Assembly: GCF_009914755.1 (NCBI RefSeq) | Contig: NC_060934.1 | Source of the DNA: the human T2T-CHM13v2.0 reference genome, Homo sapiens | DNA length: 64,000 nt | Reading direction: 5' to 3' (one strand) | In this document: piece by piece, positions 13,811-29,646 of the stretch | Numbering within the stretch: position 1 is the first letter of the stretch | Layout of the letters: every line of letters starts with the position of its first letter | Translations under genes and position numbers: made by a program | Notes under the pieces: generated by a model | Databases searched by the model: none | Seen by the model: the letters and a program-made list of their open reading frames with translations, nothing else | Told to the model about the DNA's origin: nothing

Positions 13811-13822
13811 AACAGGATGAAG

Positions 13823-13860
<38 letters not shown>

Positions 13861-13863
13861 TAT
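13823..13863. repeat. (TA)n(CA)n microsatellite
   Basis: Directly visible. Confidence 0.95.
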
Positions 13864-14362
13864 AAACACAATACTATTTAGGTAAATTAGATAATAACTA
13901 CATGTTAAGAACTTATACATATGCGAGGATATTGGACTAAAAGGCTTTACAATAGGTGGAATATAAAAGAATATATAAATAAAACAAGTGATTTTGGAGG
14001 AATCTATGGATGATAAAGGACCCTGGTTCGAGAACTGTGATTGTCTTATCGTGTGCACATAAGAGATGGGGGAGGAGACGAGGAATAGGCAATACTATCA
14101 TTGAATTCATTATTTTCATTTTGTAAGTATTTTATAAAAACATCAAAAGGTCAGACCTTTTGGAAGTTTGCCATAAAAGCTCCAATTAAAATGCATTCAT
14201 TTAGCCTTTCTCTAAGTAGGTAAAATCTAAAGAACAAATGTGGATTCATGTGTAGTAATAATAAATGATACTGGGCAGTGGTGTGTGTGCCCAGCTCTTC
14301 TGGACGATTCTTTGACAGAAGGAAACCTAGCACTTCTAGGTTTGTCTGCATTTGCTTTACAG

Positions 14363-14487
14363 GAGTGGTCACCATCTCACAACTTGAAGAGCCTGAGAAA
14401 GAAGCAACTTGCAACTCGAGAGGCCATGGCCCGCCAGACCGTAGTCTCAGACACAGAGCTGAGTATTGTTGAATCATCTGTGATCAG
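14363..14487 (+). CDS. WDR11: WDR11 exon 15 (EWSPSHNLKSLRKKQ...VESSVIS)
   Basis: ttacag| ... AG|gtacag; 125 nt; lies within ORF 14240..14578. Confidence 0.95.
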
Positions 14488-15237
14488 GTACAGTACAGTG
14501 TTTCTTGACACTGTCATTTGTGCCATTAGCATCATGTCTGGGAAGTTGACAAGTATCATCGGAAGGTGTCTATGGTAGCAAGTTGGACTCTGCTTTTGAA
14601 CATACTTAGTTTCATCTTTCAGTACATACCCAGATTACTAAAAAGATAATTTTATCATTTTTAGTATTGTACTATACTGTTTGTTATAACTAATAACATA
14701 TGCAGTAATATTCACCCATCAGCATCTAGTAGTAAATGTGCTCATTCCGAGTGCCCTTCTACTCCATACACTTCAGCTTCTGAAATTCAAATGAACATAG
14801 CATAGACATACAGATAGATCATATTATCATTTATACACACCAAAGAAAATGTGTTGGGAATCCTAAATTTGTGTATCATCCCCATCCATACCAATCTTAC
14901 AGATAAAAGGCTTCAGAGATAATGTTGGGTCACTGTACAGCCTCCCTTCTGTTGAGCACAGTTCTATAGCCAAAATCTCTATGAATTTTATTTTTCTTGT
15001 GTTAAGTTTAGATCACCATTTCTCTCTGTGCAGGGTAAACTTCCTCTGATGTTGTGGCTGTTAAGGAGTGATTCATGTTTACCCATAATTAGCTGGGCAA
15101 ATATTAGTTTCAGACTTTTAAAAAAATAGTTTTGGACCTCCTCTTAATGCGTCTGTACTTTGGGCAAGTTAATTAATTATGAGTATCACTCTAGGGGAAA
15201 AAAAAACATCTTTATCATATGTTTCACTATCCCAAAG

Positions 15238-15385
15238 CTTGCTGCAGGAGGCAGAAAGTAAATCTGAACTTAGTCAGAACATCTCTGCCCGGGAACATTT
15301 TGTATTTACCGATATTGATGGCCAAGTGTATCATCTCACTGTTGAAGGAAACTCAGTAAAAGACAGTGCTCGGATTCCACCAGAT
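15238..15385 (+). CDS. WDR11: WDR11 exon 16 (LLQEAESKSELSQ...SARIPPD)
   Basis: cccaaag| ... GAT|gtgagt; 148 nt. Confidence 0.94.
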
Positions 15386-15559
15386 GTGAGTACAACCTTG
15401 ATTAAATCTTCATCAAGAAGATTTTGTTTTGTTGGTTCCATATCCAGTGAAGGCATAGTTAAGTTGGAAACTTCAGAAAAGCCTAATGTAAATAAACTTT
15501 ATTTAAGGAGATATTATCGATTAAACTTGTTCCATACTGCTAGAGAATAACGCTGTAAC

Positions 15560-15750
15560 TATTTTGATTAAATGTTTACTGTGTGCTACTCATTTTTATC
15601 CCTGTAATAATCCATGAGGAGTTATCTCCATTTTACCCATAACAAAACTGTGGGAGAATAAGTAACTTTCCCAAAGTTATCCAGCTTACTCATATGGCAG
15701 AGCAGTGTTTTAAACTCAGGCCTGTCTGACTTCAGTATCTGTCTTCTTTC
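15560..15750 (-). mobile_element. MIR remnant
   Basis: ccattttacccataacaaaactg...agtaactttcccaaagt. Confidence 0.55.
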
Positions 15751-16099
15751 CATTTCAGGCATTACCCTGAAGGATTTGACTTACAATCTAGTATTATTTT
15801 TGGATAATAGTAATCAGGTTGTAAGTGTAATAGTATTATTAACATTTACTAACTTACATATATTCTTATGGCCTTGTGGAATCTGTAACTAAAGTTTTGC
15901 CATTAATCATTTGTGTCAGCATGCATCTCATAGATAGTTTTTAATAGATGGATCATGAAAATGTTTATGTTAATTAATGCAGGCTATTATAATGGTTAAA
16001 TGAAGGCATGAGGGGATTTTTTAAAATAGGTATATTTATTTTAAATTGCTATCTAAAAATGGAATGCTCTAGTAGAATGCCAACCCCCATAATTTTATA

Positions 16100-16380
16100 G
16101 GTGGCTTTGGGGTCTCATAAAGTTACAATCTAGATGTTGGCTGTGGCTACAGTCTTTTGAAGTGTAATGGGACAGAAGGATCTATTTCCAAGTTGGCTGC
16201 CTCACAGGCTATTGCACATTAATGCTGGCTGTTGACGAGGGACCTTAGTTCTTCATGTCGATCTTTCCATAAGGCTGCTTGAGTGTCCTCACGACATGAC
16301 AACTGGCCTCCCCTAGAGTAAGTGATCTGATAAAGCAAGAAGGAAGTTGCAGAGTCTATTATGACCTGGTTTCAGAAGTC
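16100..16380. mobile_element. Old MaLR (MLT1-type) LTR fragment
   Basis: ggctgcttgagtgtcctcacgacatgacaactggcctcccctagagtaagtgatc motif. Confidence 0.55.
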
Positions 16381-16734
16381 TCTTCAAAGGCAACTTCTTA
16401 ATTAAACATTCTATTTTATGGCTAGGAAAGTAGATATCTTAAAATGTTGCTTCATATTATATACAGAATTTCATTTCTTTAATATGTTTTTTTTATTAAT
16501 GGACTTTATTATAATATTGATTTTTAAATCCAGTTTTTGTTTTGTTTCTTGACTATTACCAGAGTTTTTACGGTATTCAGTGTGTGTGCTAGTCCACTAA
16601 TGGTCAATTATTCAAACCACTAGAGTTTTCTTACTTTTTACCATGGATACCATTTGAATTTTTATGTTGTACAATAAATGCAAAAATAAAATTTCTTTTA
16701 ATAAATAGAGAAGTAATTGAGCAGTAATATTATT

Positions 16735-16980
16735 TAATAGCTAACATGTATTGACTATTTACTGCATGGCAGGCATTGCTTTAAGGCCTTTGCCTTTATA
16801 AATTTATTAATACTAGCAACAACTCAAGTTTCATGAACTTACCCTACTTTATGGACAATAAATCCAAGACAGAAAGGTTAAGTAAACATGCCTCAAATCA
16901 CATACCAGTTTCAAGCTGGGATTCAAGCCCAGGCAGTGTGACTGCAGAGCCCAGGCTGCTGAGCCCTCCATGATACCACC
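16735..16980 (-). mobile_element. MIR remnant
   Basis: atagctaacatgtattgac...gaaaggttaagtaaacatgcc...gggattcaagcccaggcag. Confidence 0.7.
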
Positions 16981-17627
16981 TCTGAGCATCTATTAGAACT
17001 GCAAGTTCCTTTCTTCCTCCAAGTTAGATTGACTACAGCAGCATTTCATTCTTATGTTGTGCTTCTATATGTAACTTCTGAGCAAAGCTTTCTGTGAATT
17101 TAAACTGCATATGCCTTTAGTAAACAGCATCTCTTCACCTTCATGATTCCACAATGTTCCAAAACGTGTCAGTGAAGCTCTGGATCCTTTTTTCAATAGA
17201 AAAATCACGGCACAATTAGTTATAAAAGAGCTTTAAGTTTCCCTTGGAATGGATTTAGTTATCCTTTTGCAGTGAGAGATAAGTTTGAGTTGGCTCTCTG
17301 GAAAACCTTCCCTTTACTTCTCTGTTTTTCTTACTTTAATTTCCCCCTTTTTTTTTTGAGGTATTTGTTCCTCAAAAGACATCCCCTCTCTTTAAATCTA
17401 GTTCCAGTAACTACTTAATGTCTATGAAGTTGAAATCTCCTATTTCTTCATAGTTGAAATTGATAGGCAATGTAGCTCTTTGTTAGTGTCTAAAGTCTGT
17501 TTTAGGATTTGATGACTAAAAGCATACTAAAGCACAGCCCTTTAAATTAAGTTTTATTAAAATATTTATTATAATGTCTTATACAGCATAGTGAAATTTA
17601 TATTTGTTTGTTGCTGTTGTTTTCTAG

Positions 17628-17734
17628 GGAAGTATGGGTAGTATTACCTGCATCGCTTGGAAAGGTGATACATTAGTGCTTGGAGATATGGATGGAAATT
17701 TAAATTTCTGGGACTTGAAAGGCAGAGTATCCAG
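17628..17734 (+). CDS. WDR11: WDR11 exon 17 (GSMGSITCIAWKGDTLVLGDMDGNLNFWDLKGRVSR)
   Basis: ttctag| ... AG|gtataa; 107 nt; canonical WD40 repeat. Confidence 0.95.
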
Positions 17735-17787
17735 GTATAAGCCAAGAATGAAATCTTGTTATTTCATTAAAAAAAAGAAATGAAATC

Positions 17788-18089
17788 TTTTTGTTTTGTT
17801 TTGTTGAGATGGTGTCTTGCTCTGTCGCCCAGGCTGGAGTGCAGTGGTGCAATCTCGGCTCACTGCAAGCTCTGACTCCCGGGTTCATGCCATTCTCCTG
17901 CCTCAGCCACCCGAGTAGCTGGGACTACAGGCACCCACCACCACGCCCGGCTAATTTTTTTGTATTTTTTTAGTAGAGACGGGATTTCACCATGTTAGCC
18001 AGGATGGTCTCGATCTCCTGACCTCGTGATCCGCCCACCTCGGCCTCCCAAAGTGCTGGGATTACAGGCAGGAGCCAGCACACCCGGCC
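17788..18089 (-). mobile_element. AluY
   Basis: AluY diagnostics tgcaagctc, gccattctcc, gttagccaggatggtctcgatc; imperfect TSD aaatga(a/c)atctt. Confidence 0.9.
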
Positions 18090-18444
18090 AAAAAATGACA
18101 TCTTGATATGGTTCCATTAGAGGCTTGTGACTTGGCAAGAAGGATCAGTAAACTCGTGGAGGTGTAGCTTGGACCCTTGGGTCCCTTCACCTAAACTTGG
18201 GAGGATGGGCCTTGAGCCAAGCATTCTTAGGAGATAGTTATCTGCAAGTGGCCCCTGCAGAAGTCTTAGCTGACCTTAAAGGGCAGGCCCTTTCTGTCAG
18301 ATGTGGCCCCCAGTCCCAGCAAGTAAAGGGTTCTCCCATCATCAGACCTGTTAGAAATGGAAATAGTGAGAGATGTTAGACATAGCTTCTGGTGACCAGA
18401 TCTCACTCTACATTGTATTGATGTTTTTGTTTCTTTGTCTTCAG

Positions 18445-18559
18445 AGGAATACCCACACACCGAAGTTGGGTGAGGAAGATTCGTTTTGCTCCTGGTAAAG
18501 GAAATCAAAAATTAATAGCGATGTACAATGATGGAGCTGAAGTGTGGGATACTAAAGAG
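18445..18559 (+). CDS. WDR11: WDR11 exon 18 (GIPTHRSWVRKIRFAPG...VWDTKE)
   Basis: cttcag| ... GAG|gtaggc; 115 nt. Confidence 0.95.
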
Positions 18560-18736
18560 GTAGGCCCTCTCCATGAGGATAAAACGTAAATAAATTGTTA
18601 GCCATAGGAACTGTGCTTTGTTAAAAAACTTCTTTCTGATTTAGAAATGAAAAGTACTTAATGAGTTCGTCAAGTTTCCCATAACAAATTATTTTCTTTA
18701 CTTTACGGTATTTGTGTTCTAAAGGTAACAACTCAA

Positions 18737-19063
<327 letters not shown>

Positions 19064-19265
19064 GATTTATTTATTTTTTAATATTATCACTGTCTCTGAG
19101 ACCTTTAAAATGCTGCCTATTTGTGGAAGATAGATTGCCAGAGGCTGTTCAGTTCTAAACTTGAACTGGGCCTTTGCCACAGACTGTCTTCCTTGACCAT
19201 TTAATCTAGAATAATAAAGATCTTCCTTTTCTGTCTGGAAGTGATGCCCAAATTCACTCTTGAAG

Positions 19266-19437
19266 GTTCAGATGGTGAGCAGTTTAAGAAGTGGCAGAAA
19301 TGTGACCTTTCGTATATTGGATGTGGACTGGTGTACGTCAGATAAAGTGATCTTGGCCTCAGATGATGGGTGCATCAGAGTCCTAGAGATGTCTATGAAG
19401 TCTGCGTGCTTTAGAATGGATGAACAAGAGTTAACCG
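19266..19437 (+). CDS. WDR11: WDR11 exon 19 (VQMVSSLRSGRNV...DEQELT)
   Basis: cttgaag| ... ACCG|gtatgg; 172 nt. Confidence 0.94.
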
Positions 19438-21554
19438 GTATGGAATCCTAATGATAGGGGGCTTTGAAACCTGTCTTTACTTTGCCACAAGCTCTTGTAT
19501 TTTGGGGAGAGAGCTGCTGCTTCTGTTTCATTTCAGTCTTATTTTCTTAGAATCTGAGTTTAAGAAAATATATTAACTTGAAGCTTGAGTGTTTTTACTG
19601 CTGAGATGCTGCAATCTTTGTAACTATAGATGTCAATCATTCTCAATTCAGGTTTTTTAAGTGCCCCTTTTGACTCTTTTCTTTGGTTTGTTAACAAGAT
19701 AAAAGATGTTTATGTTTATAAAAATGGCTTACTCAGAATTTAGGCAAACTCATCAGAGGACATAAATCTAGTGATAAGGCTGCTGGCTTTTTAATAATGG
19801 CCTTATGTCTTTTGCAACCATATATCATTGAAAAGTCACTTTAGAAAGTGTTCTGAGTATTATGAATTTTGATGCCAATCTGTGACTAGTAAAATGACCA
19901 GTCAAGCAAATTAGCAGATTGCAGTATCTTGCTCTGTTTTGTATGGTTGTTTTGACATTGCTTTTTACCAGAATAAAAAGCATTTTAGTAGAATATACTC
20001 CATATATGACTTCTAAAAAAAAAAAGAATGGGACAATTGTGAATGCATCCATTTATCAGTTTAAAAGGCAGCTTTTGGCTGATGCAATACAGTGTTCATC
20101 CTTGGAAGATACTTGATCCTACTTGGAGTGGAGGAGGGAACTTCTTGCCTGAGTATTCTCCCAGCAAAACTTTGGTGCACACTCTAGGCTGATATGTAGA
20201 AAATTTCATGAGACTTTTCTGAACCTTTGTAGAGTCAATATTTGGCACTTCAGACACAGTAAGGTTTTAAAAACCTGGTTTTTCACTTTGTGTTCATGCT
20301 TGAGGCACTACTGAGTTGCTGCTAATGTTAGCAGGGCTGCCTTTAACTTAGTTAGGTATGCTTTGGTTTTTGTCACTGCCCACCCCTGCCCACTGCATTT
20401 GGGCACCACCACTTCTTACTATGTAACTGACTGCCATCAGGTGAAGCCAGAATTCAAGACCTACATTCCCATGTCTGTCCTTGTGTCGTTTGCCAGCTCT
20501 GGGGAAGCACCAGGATGGCCTCCTAGGAAAGGGCAAGCATTGGTATTCATTTTAAACCTAAAGGTATTGAGGACATTGAAGGAACTTCAAGGGTGGTTTT
20601 TGAAAAAATTGGTTACTAATTCTAGATAAAGAAGTGTGGAACTGCTATCTAAATGTTTGAAGAGCTTTTCCTTCACTTTTAATATAAAATTTGAATCTAA
20701 AAAGCTCCAAAGTCAAGGTGTAGCTTGTTCTTAAATTAAACTGACTACAGAAATGGAGTCCATTGTATTAACCCATGTTCAATACCATACTTGAACATCT
20801 GGCCTGTGGCCAGATTTTAGATCACATGTTTCTTTTAAAATTTTTCTGATTTTTTTTTATATTCTTTTCAATCTCTAATGTTACAGCCTCAGCCAGAAAG
20901 AGAAAACTAAATAGCAATTGGGAAAGGTCATGCAATTGTGTATTCATTCCACAAATTGAACTTCAAATTCAGAACAACCCTTAATAAATGTTAAAGAATG
21001 AAAACTATGGTAGTGTAAATGTGGAGTGAGGAAAAAGACATCTGTGTGTTCACCTCCAGATTCATGGCCGATTTGGTCTTGAGGAAAAAAAGTTTGAGGT
21101 AGTATATTTCTATTCTGAGGAATTAGAAGTATATTTGGGGCTTACTGACATGGGATAAAAATAAAATAGGTCCTAACATTGGTGTTTCCTATGTTTTCTT
21201 CAATTCTCCTTGAAAACAAGTAGAGAACGTAAAATATTGATTCACATCTGTACATTTTCTTAGAGCAGCTTAGATAGGCCACTTCTTCCTCCAATAAAGA
21301 GGGGGCAGTCAGACAAATTAGAAGATTAGAATTCCTGTTTTTGAGTTGGAGAACCTTTCTTATCGGCTGCCTAATATGTCAGGGACACAAAGAGCCATCA
21401 AAATAAATCTTAATAGTCTTTTTAGCAGCATCTAAAAGGAATGCAAGAATATGAGACTGTTTAATAGCATTCTGGTATCATGCAGTTTCCACACCCTTTA
21501 AATAGTATTGACTTGATATCAGGGACTGTTCAACCTAATTTCCTCCCCAGTGTT

Positions 21555-22810
<1,256 letters not shown>

Positions 22811-23999
22811 TTAAAGGCCACTGCTAAGCACATTTTTCCTAAGTAAGCATATATAGAAAGAAGCTTTCTGAAATCAGATTTCTGCACAAACCTTTCCTCT
22901 TCATCTGCCACAGCTTTCCACAGTCATTTTCGGTAATCTTGGGGCATTCAGAAATGTCTCACAATGACTTGCCGATGTGGGGAGGTCTGGGGATGCTAAA
23001 CAACCTGGAACGATCTGGCGCAATGAAGAATTGTCCTGCCCCAAACGCCAGTAGTGTTCCTTAGCTCTCTTTTTCACCGTTCATTGAATCACACTGAACA
23101 AAATCACAAAATATGGTCCTTTCCTTCCCAGACTTCCAGCTCACCTTAATGTTGCCATTTCCAAGTGGTGGAGGAATAACTTTTTTCTACTGATTTTCTT
23201 CTTGGCTCTTTGCTTACTGATTTTCTGCATTCCTGTCATGTAGGTAGCTAAAAACCTGGGTGTTATGATTCATACCTCACATAACTTTAGCCCAGATGGA
23301 GCAGAATCCGTGACAAACAGCAATGATGCTAACTGCTTTTGCATTCTAATTGTGTAATTTTCAGAGGTGAATGAGCTCTTGCATGTGAGTTTCTCCAGAT
23401 GTGAGATGATCTCCTATTACTTTTTCATGGCTGATCTTTACCTTTCAGAAGAAAGATTTCAATTCATTTGAGGGAGGGAAGTAGTAAGGGTCACTTTCAG
23501 TTTGTTCATGCTCATTGGGATGCTGTCAACAATATTTTGCTTTTGGAGAAATAACATATTTGTTTTAAAAAATAAGGTATTTCCCTCCTTTTATTCAGAC
23601 TTGGTAAATGTTGTCTTGCTTGCATGATGTAAACACTCGATGCTGCCTTCTACGTGGATTCTCTTGTATCTTTTCGTTTGTTCATTGATTAAGAAATTAC
23701 CACACAGCATGAGAACTTTCCCTGAACCATTCCAAGATTATTATGTATAGTTAATTTTTTTCCCTGACATTTACCATTTCCAAACATACTGTGATATAAT
23801 ACCAACAACTATCTACATGAATCTACCTAAAACATATACATATGCTATCTAAAATATGAATGGGGCTGACTTGAGAATTATATAGATTGTCGTCTATGAA
23901 GGATGAATAGAAAGAAAGTTAAGTAAGCTAGCCACCTGCATCCCTTTCAGTGTTAAGTGTTCAGTGCTTCTGTAGGTAGTTAGATAAGCCTCATTTTTC

Positions 24000-26450
24000 C
24001 AAGATGCAATCCTTCCTTTATAGCCCAGATGTAAAAGAAAAGATGACTAAGTGGAAATTAAAAAAAAAAATTCAAAGCAAAAGAAAATCTTTAATAAGAA
24101 TAAACGAAAGTGTTCAATAAGCAAAGCCAAATACAAATGATTACCTGGAGGAAAGTAATTCACAAGTCACAGACTGTCTACAGAGGGGCAAAACAGATAA
24201 ACAAATGATGCTTCAACATATGAAATGATACTCAACTTTATTTATAATAAGAAAAATATTTGACCTCCTACTGGTAAGGATAAAAGAAGAAAATAATTTT
24301 AAAAAGTAAATTTTTAAAAAGAGAAAAATACAAATTAAAATTGTTTCTTACCTATCAGATTCAAAAGCTTGAAAATATACTCTGTTGGCAAGGCTATGAG
24401 GAAACAAGCACTCCCATCCATTGCTAACAGTAAGATCCCTATAGGAAGGAATTTGGCAATATCTAACAGAGCTACATGCACATTTACCTTTTTACCCAGC
24501 AATCCCAGCGCTAAGAATTTATCTTAAGATGTACATTCATACCCTGTGACCAAAATGCACACAAAGTTATTCATAGCAAAATTTTGAAAAAAGCCGAACT
24601 GCTTAGCCGTAGGAGATTGGTTGAATAAATCTGGGGACATCTGCAGAATGGAGTAATCTATGCAGCTGTAAAATAGTGAGGAATAGCTCTGTGACCTGAT
24701 GTAGAGTGATATCCAGGATATGTGTAAGTGAAAAATGCAAGTGTAAAAGAGCACGTATAGCCTGCTTGTGTACAAAGGCGGATTTTATACATAGGTTCAT
24801 GCACACGTTTGCTTACTAAAACACACACCACACATACACAGAATAATCCAGAAACCAATGAGAATAGTTAGAAGATGTAGATGGAAAAATGGAGAGTATG
24901 GGGATAGCAGTGAAACTTCTCTATCTTTGTTATACAGTTTCAAGTTTTGAACCATTTATATATTTTATATATTAAAAATACACAGTGAAAACAAGAGTGA
25001 AGAAAAAGCAAACCCTAAAATTGAATGCAAGACACAGTTGAACCAAACTGTGTAACAACAATATTGGTAACATAACCACACACACACACAAAAACAGTTC
25101 AAATAACTAAAACACAGAACTTCCCATTCACTGCACACCTTTAGTGGTTTATATTCTAAGGACAGAATTGCTAAGGAATGTTGAACTTTACCGGGGTAGT
25201 TGATGGTGACACTAGTAATTCTGAAGCTGTTTTGTGCATGTTGTAGTCTGGAACACATTAGTAACCAAATTGCAGTTTTGGGGAGCCAAGATCTGTGCTG
25301 ATAGAAAGGGAGATATGGATGGGAAATGGCGGTGGTGGGAAGAAACATTCCAGGGGTGGATTTGGGTTGGTAAAAAATCATGACTTCTTGAACATGTATG
25401 TTCCCTGGCTCTGCTCACAGAGAGTTTTCTTGCAATGACACTCAATGGCAGTGAGCGCACATAGCACCCAGATTTTACTTTGCAAGTTCCATTTCCAGGC
25501 TAAAAGGAGCCAGAGCTCTTTGGACAAAAAGTTTATTTCAGGACAGAGGCACAAAAGGTGCAAGATGGGTCTGGGGCATCTTGTGGTGCCAGAATTCAAG
25601 TAAGGAATTGAAAAACCAAGGAGGACCTGACATAAGAGGCTTCTCCTGTCAAACTGGGGGTAGTCTGAGCATCACGAAAACTAATGGTGGTATTGATGTA
25701 AGTGCAGAATACCAAAGAAACCCTCACTCCATAGTAATAGTCACAGTAAGGAAACGGGAAGTGGGCAAGAAGCAAAAGCTCAGGTGGACAGAAGAATGCC
25801 AGCTGACAAATGCGGAAAGAATAAGATTAGAAAATCACCACTTTGCAGCCCCGATACAATAATTAATTGTATACACAAGCAAGGATCACTTGTGGATGTC
25901 AAATCACTGAGTAAAAGGATGTTTGAGAATAGGAAATTCAATCTGACAATATTTCCTCCACATATTACTTACTAATTAATTATACAGTGGAGAAGGTGCC
26001 CTGATAAGAGCTCTGGTGAATACCCCTTATCTAGATGATCAGATTTAGTGTTTCCTGTAACCAGACAGCTAACATGTTCCTTCTGATGCAATGCAGTGAA
26101 AAGTACACAGCATCCTTTGTTCAGACTCTGTCAAAAATGTTTAACCCGAATCTGATAATCAGAAAACAGACAAGTTAGAACGTAGGGCATTCTCCACAGC
26201 AGCTGACCAGGACTCTTCAAAAATGAAAAGGTCACGTAAGGCCAAAACCAAAAAGGAAGAGGACCATTCTAGATTGGAATAGACTAAAGAGACATGACAA
26301 TGCAGTGTACCAGCCTTGACTGGACCCGATTTTTAAAAATAATACAGCTGCCAGGACATTTGGGGAATAACAAGGGACTTTTGAATTTGGACTGCATTTT
26401 AAGTGATTTTACTGAATCAATATTAAAATTCTTGGGTGTAAAAAAAAAGT
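24000..26450 (+). mobile_element. Old L1ME/L1MC 3' end remnants
   Basis: acccagcaatcccagcgctaagaattt, ggttgaataaat, ccattctagattgg...gagacatgacaa motifs. Confidence 0.6.
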
Positions 26451-26562
26451 ATTATTAAAAATATTTCCAATCACTTTCTGGCTTTTAAATTGAAAAATCC
26501 ACATAAAATATTTTGTGTATAATTTAATTTTTATTTAACTACATAGAATAAAGTTTTCTAAA

Positions 26563-27050
26563 GCAGAGTTTTCCAATAGAAACATAATGTGAGCCACATA
26601 GGTAAGCTTAAATTCTAGTATCCACATTTTAAAAAGTAAAAAGAGATGAAATTGATTTTAATTAAAATTTTATTTAAGCCAATATATCCAAAGTTTTATT
26701 TCAACATATAATCAGTATTAAAAGTTACTAGTGAGACATTTTACTTTTTTAAAATTATTCATTCTTCAAAATTCTGTCAGTATTTTACATTTATTGTAAA
26801 ATGAATTGCCCTCAAAATTTATAGGACAAATTTTCAGCACAAACAGTTAAGCTCTATTTAGATTTTATAAAATTTTCAGTTGAAAAAGTAGGCATGTATT
26901 CAAGTTGTTTCAAACATATTTAAAAGTTATCCAATGACTGAATCAATAATCACTTTTTAAGTTTAAATTAGACAAACATTCATTTCCTTCATTATACTAG
27001 CCATATGTTAAGTGACTATCATATTGGATATCATACTGGATAATTGCACA
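26563..27050. mobile_element. hAT-Charlie DNA transposon remnant (MER33/Charlie1-like)
   Basis: tccaatagaaacataatgtgagccacata...ccacattttaaaaagtaaaaaga; ends in ctggataattgcacag. Confidence 0.6.
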
Positions 27051-27072
27051 GTCCAGAGTTGATGTGGATCAC

Positions 27073-27431
27073 TGATACGATTTGGCTCTGTGTCTCCACC
27101 CAAATCTCATGTCAAATTGTAATCTCCACAGGTCAGGGGAGGCAGCTGGTAGGGGGTGATTGGATCATGGGGGCAGATTTCCCCCTTACTGTTCTCACGA
27201 TAGTAAGTGAGTTCTTAGGAGATCTGATGGCTTAAAAGTGTGGCACTTGCCCCCTCGCTGGCTCTCTCCTGCTGCCATGTAAGATGTGCCTTGCTTCCCC
27301 TTCACCTTCTGCCATGATTGTAAGTTTGCCTCCCCAGCCATACGGAACTGTGAGTCAATTAAACCTCTTCTCTTTATAAATTACCCTGTCTCAGGTAGTT
27401 CTTTACAGCAGCATGAAAACAGACAAATACA
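27073..27431 (+). mobile_element. MST (MaLR) solo LTR, MSTA-like
   Basis: TG...CA ends: tgatacgatttggctctgtgtc...agacaaataca; 5-bp TSD atcac/gtcac. Confidence 0.85.
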
Positions 27432-28035
27432 GTCACTTAAATAAGCCAACACCATGTATAAGTTTGTGTCATTTTACATAATTGTGTCTATTCAAGGGAT
27501 CCATGGATAAAGCCTCTTCAGGATTCTGGAGGGGAGTTGGTAGTAAGGCCAAGTTGTAAAAGCCAGGGCACCCCTAGAAATTTGGAGCTAAGGTCGAGTC
27601 CGATAGAGTGTAGGGTGGTCAGAGCAGAGCTGCTGGGCATTGCAGCCTTTAGGTCTTCTGCTTCTTTGCACTGAAACATGTTGACAACTAGGCAAATCTT
27701 GCTTGTTAGTGTTCTAAGTAAGCCAGCTGCTGGAAGTGGGGGATGCTAGGGCCTAGAGTCTAAGAAGATAGCCCCTGTGTTCAACAGCTACCTTTATAAG
27801 TGAGACCTGGGAATGCTAGTGATCACAGGTGGCATGATCCCTTCAGTGACATACTCAAGGTTGATAGGCCATGTTAGTTGAATAGTCTCGGAAAAACAAA
27901 AGTACATACAGGTAAATATATTTATTTTTAATATTTAAAAATAATGAACTTTGTTGCTATTTGTTGAATCATTGCATTGAATCCTTTATTCAAGTAGTAC
28001 CAGAGTTGTATACCACACAGGATACTTAAATTTTA

Positions 28036-28383
<348 letters not shown>

Positions 28384-28576
28384 TCAGATTTGAATGCAGA
28401 GACTCTCTCTGCTCTTGGCTTGTGTTTCCTAAGCGGTGACTACATTGAATATACTCTCAGTTGTTCCAGATTTACCTGTTGCTCTCTGCTGACTGCTCTG
28501 TAAATGGTTTATAGCTGAAGCTTCACTGTAGTATAAAACTTCATTTTATTTTTAAAAACCTTTCTTTGTTGTCTAG

Positions 28577-28685
28577 AGCCTGTGTGGTGCCCCTATCTCC
28601 TTGTTCCAAGGGCCTCTCTTGCCTTGAAAGCCTTCTTATTACACCAGCCTTGGAATGGACAGTATTCTTTGGACATTTCTCATGT
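28577..28685 (+). CDS. WDR11: WDR11 exon 20 (EPVWCPYLLVPRASLALK...LDISHV)
   Basis: gtctag| ... GT|gtaagt; 109 nt. Confidence 0.95.
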
Positions 28686-29583
28686 GTAAGTTTTTCACTT
28701 TTCTTTTTCTTTCATAATTTACTTGGGGTTGAAAGACACCCATGAAAGTCAGCCATGGCCTGTACTCCAGCATTTAAAGGGAATGGAGCCTTTAAAGCCG
28801 AGAGAAGGCAGAGACACTACAGAATTGCCAGGCTGCCTCTGGGTTCTCGGGCCTTTGTGGAAGTGTGGGTCAGTGAGGAGCTGTGAGGGCGTGTATTGCT
28901 CTCAGGTGGCTGTGTGCTTGTCTTATGGTCTGAACATGGATGTGTCGTGATGATGAAAAGGATGCGTGTGAAGAGGGCAATGGAAGGCAGGAGAATTTGG
29001 AGCCGGGCACGTTCTTTTTAAAAGCAGCATCATTAGCTTCAGGGATATACTGTGTCTTAAAAATCTCAATATTTGCCTCATTGCAAAAAAATATTCACAG
29101 AAACTATTAGTGTTTATTAATTAAATTCACAAATATTACTGAACTCCTGCCATGTGCAGCACGGATGGAGGATTTAAAAATAATGCCAGGAAGTGTCTGT
29201 TCTCCAAGCACTGTCTCCTCAGAATATTCATTCTGCAGAGCTCTAAATGAGCAGATTCCTTTAGTAACATTGTTAAGTTCTTCATTAAAAGGAATCTAAA
29301 CCTGATAGATTTTAAAGCCTGCTTATAAATTTCCTGGTTTCTTGAAAGCCAAGGAGACTTTCTTTACTCATTTTCTTGTTTTTGACTCAATAAGATAAAA
29401 GCAGATATTAAAGTTGATTGGTGGGGTCCTGAGTAGATTGTTGTTATTTTGGTCTATAACCAGGTTTCTAACCAAGAACTACGAAGAAGGTTATCTCTAT
29501 ATTAACACAACTTTTTTCAGGTGAAGAAATACGTGGTTTTAAGTGAAGAGATAATGAACTCATTCAAAATTTTTTCTTTACAG

Positions 29584-29646
29584 TGACTATCCAGAAAATG
29601 AAGAAATAAAGAATCTCCTCCAAGAACAGTTGAATTCATTGTCTAA
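29584..29646 (+). CDS. WDR11: WDR11 exon 21 (DYPENEEIKNLLQEQLNSLSN)
   Basis: ttacag| ... AA|gtaagc; 63 nt. Confidence 0.95.

Noticed and set aside
13462-14058. 198-aa minus-strand ORF
   Set aside because: Runs through a (CA)/(TA) microsatellite and an old L1 remnant; low-complexity, no recognisable domain
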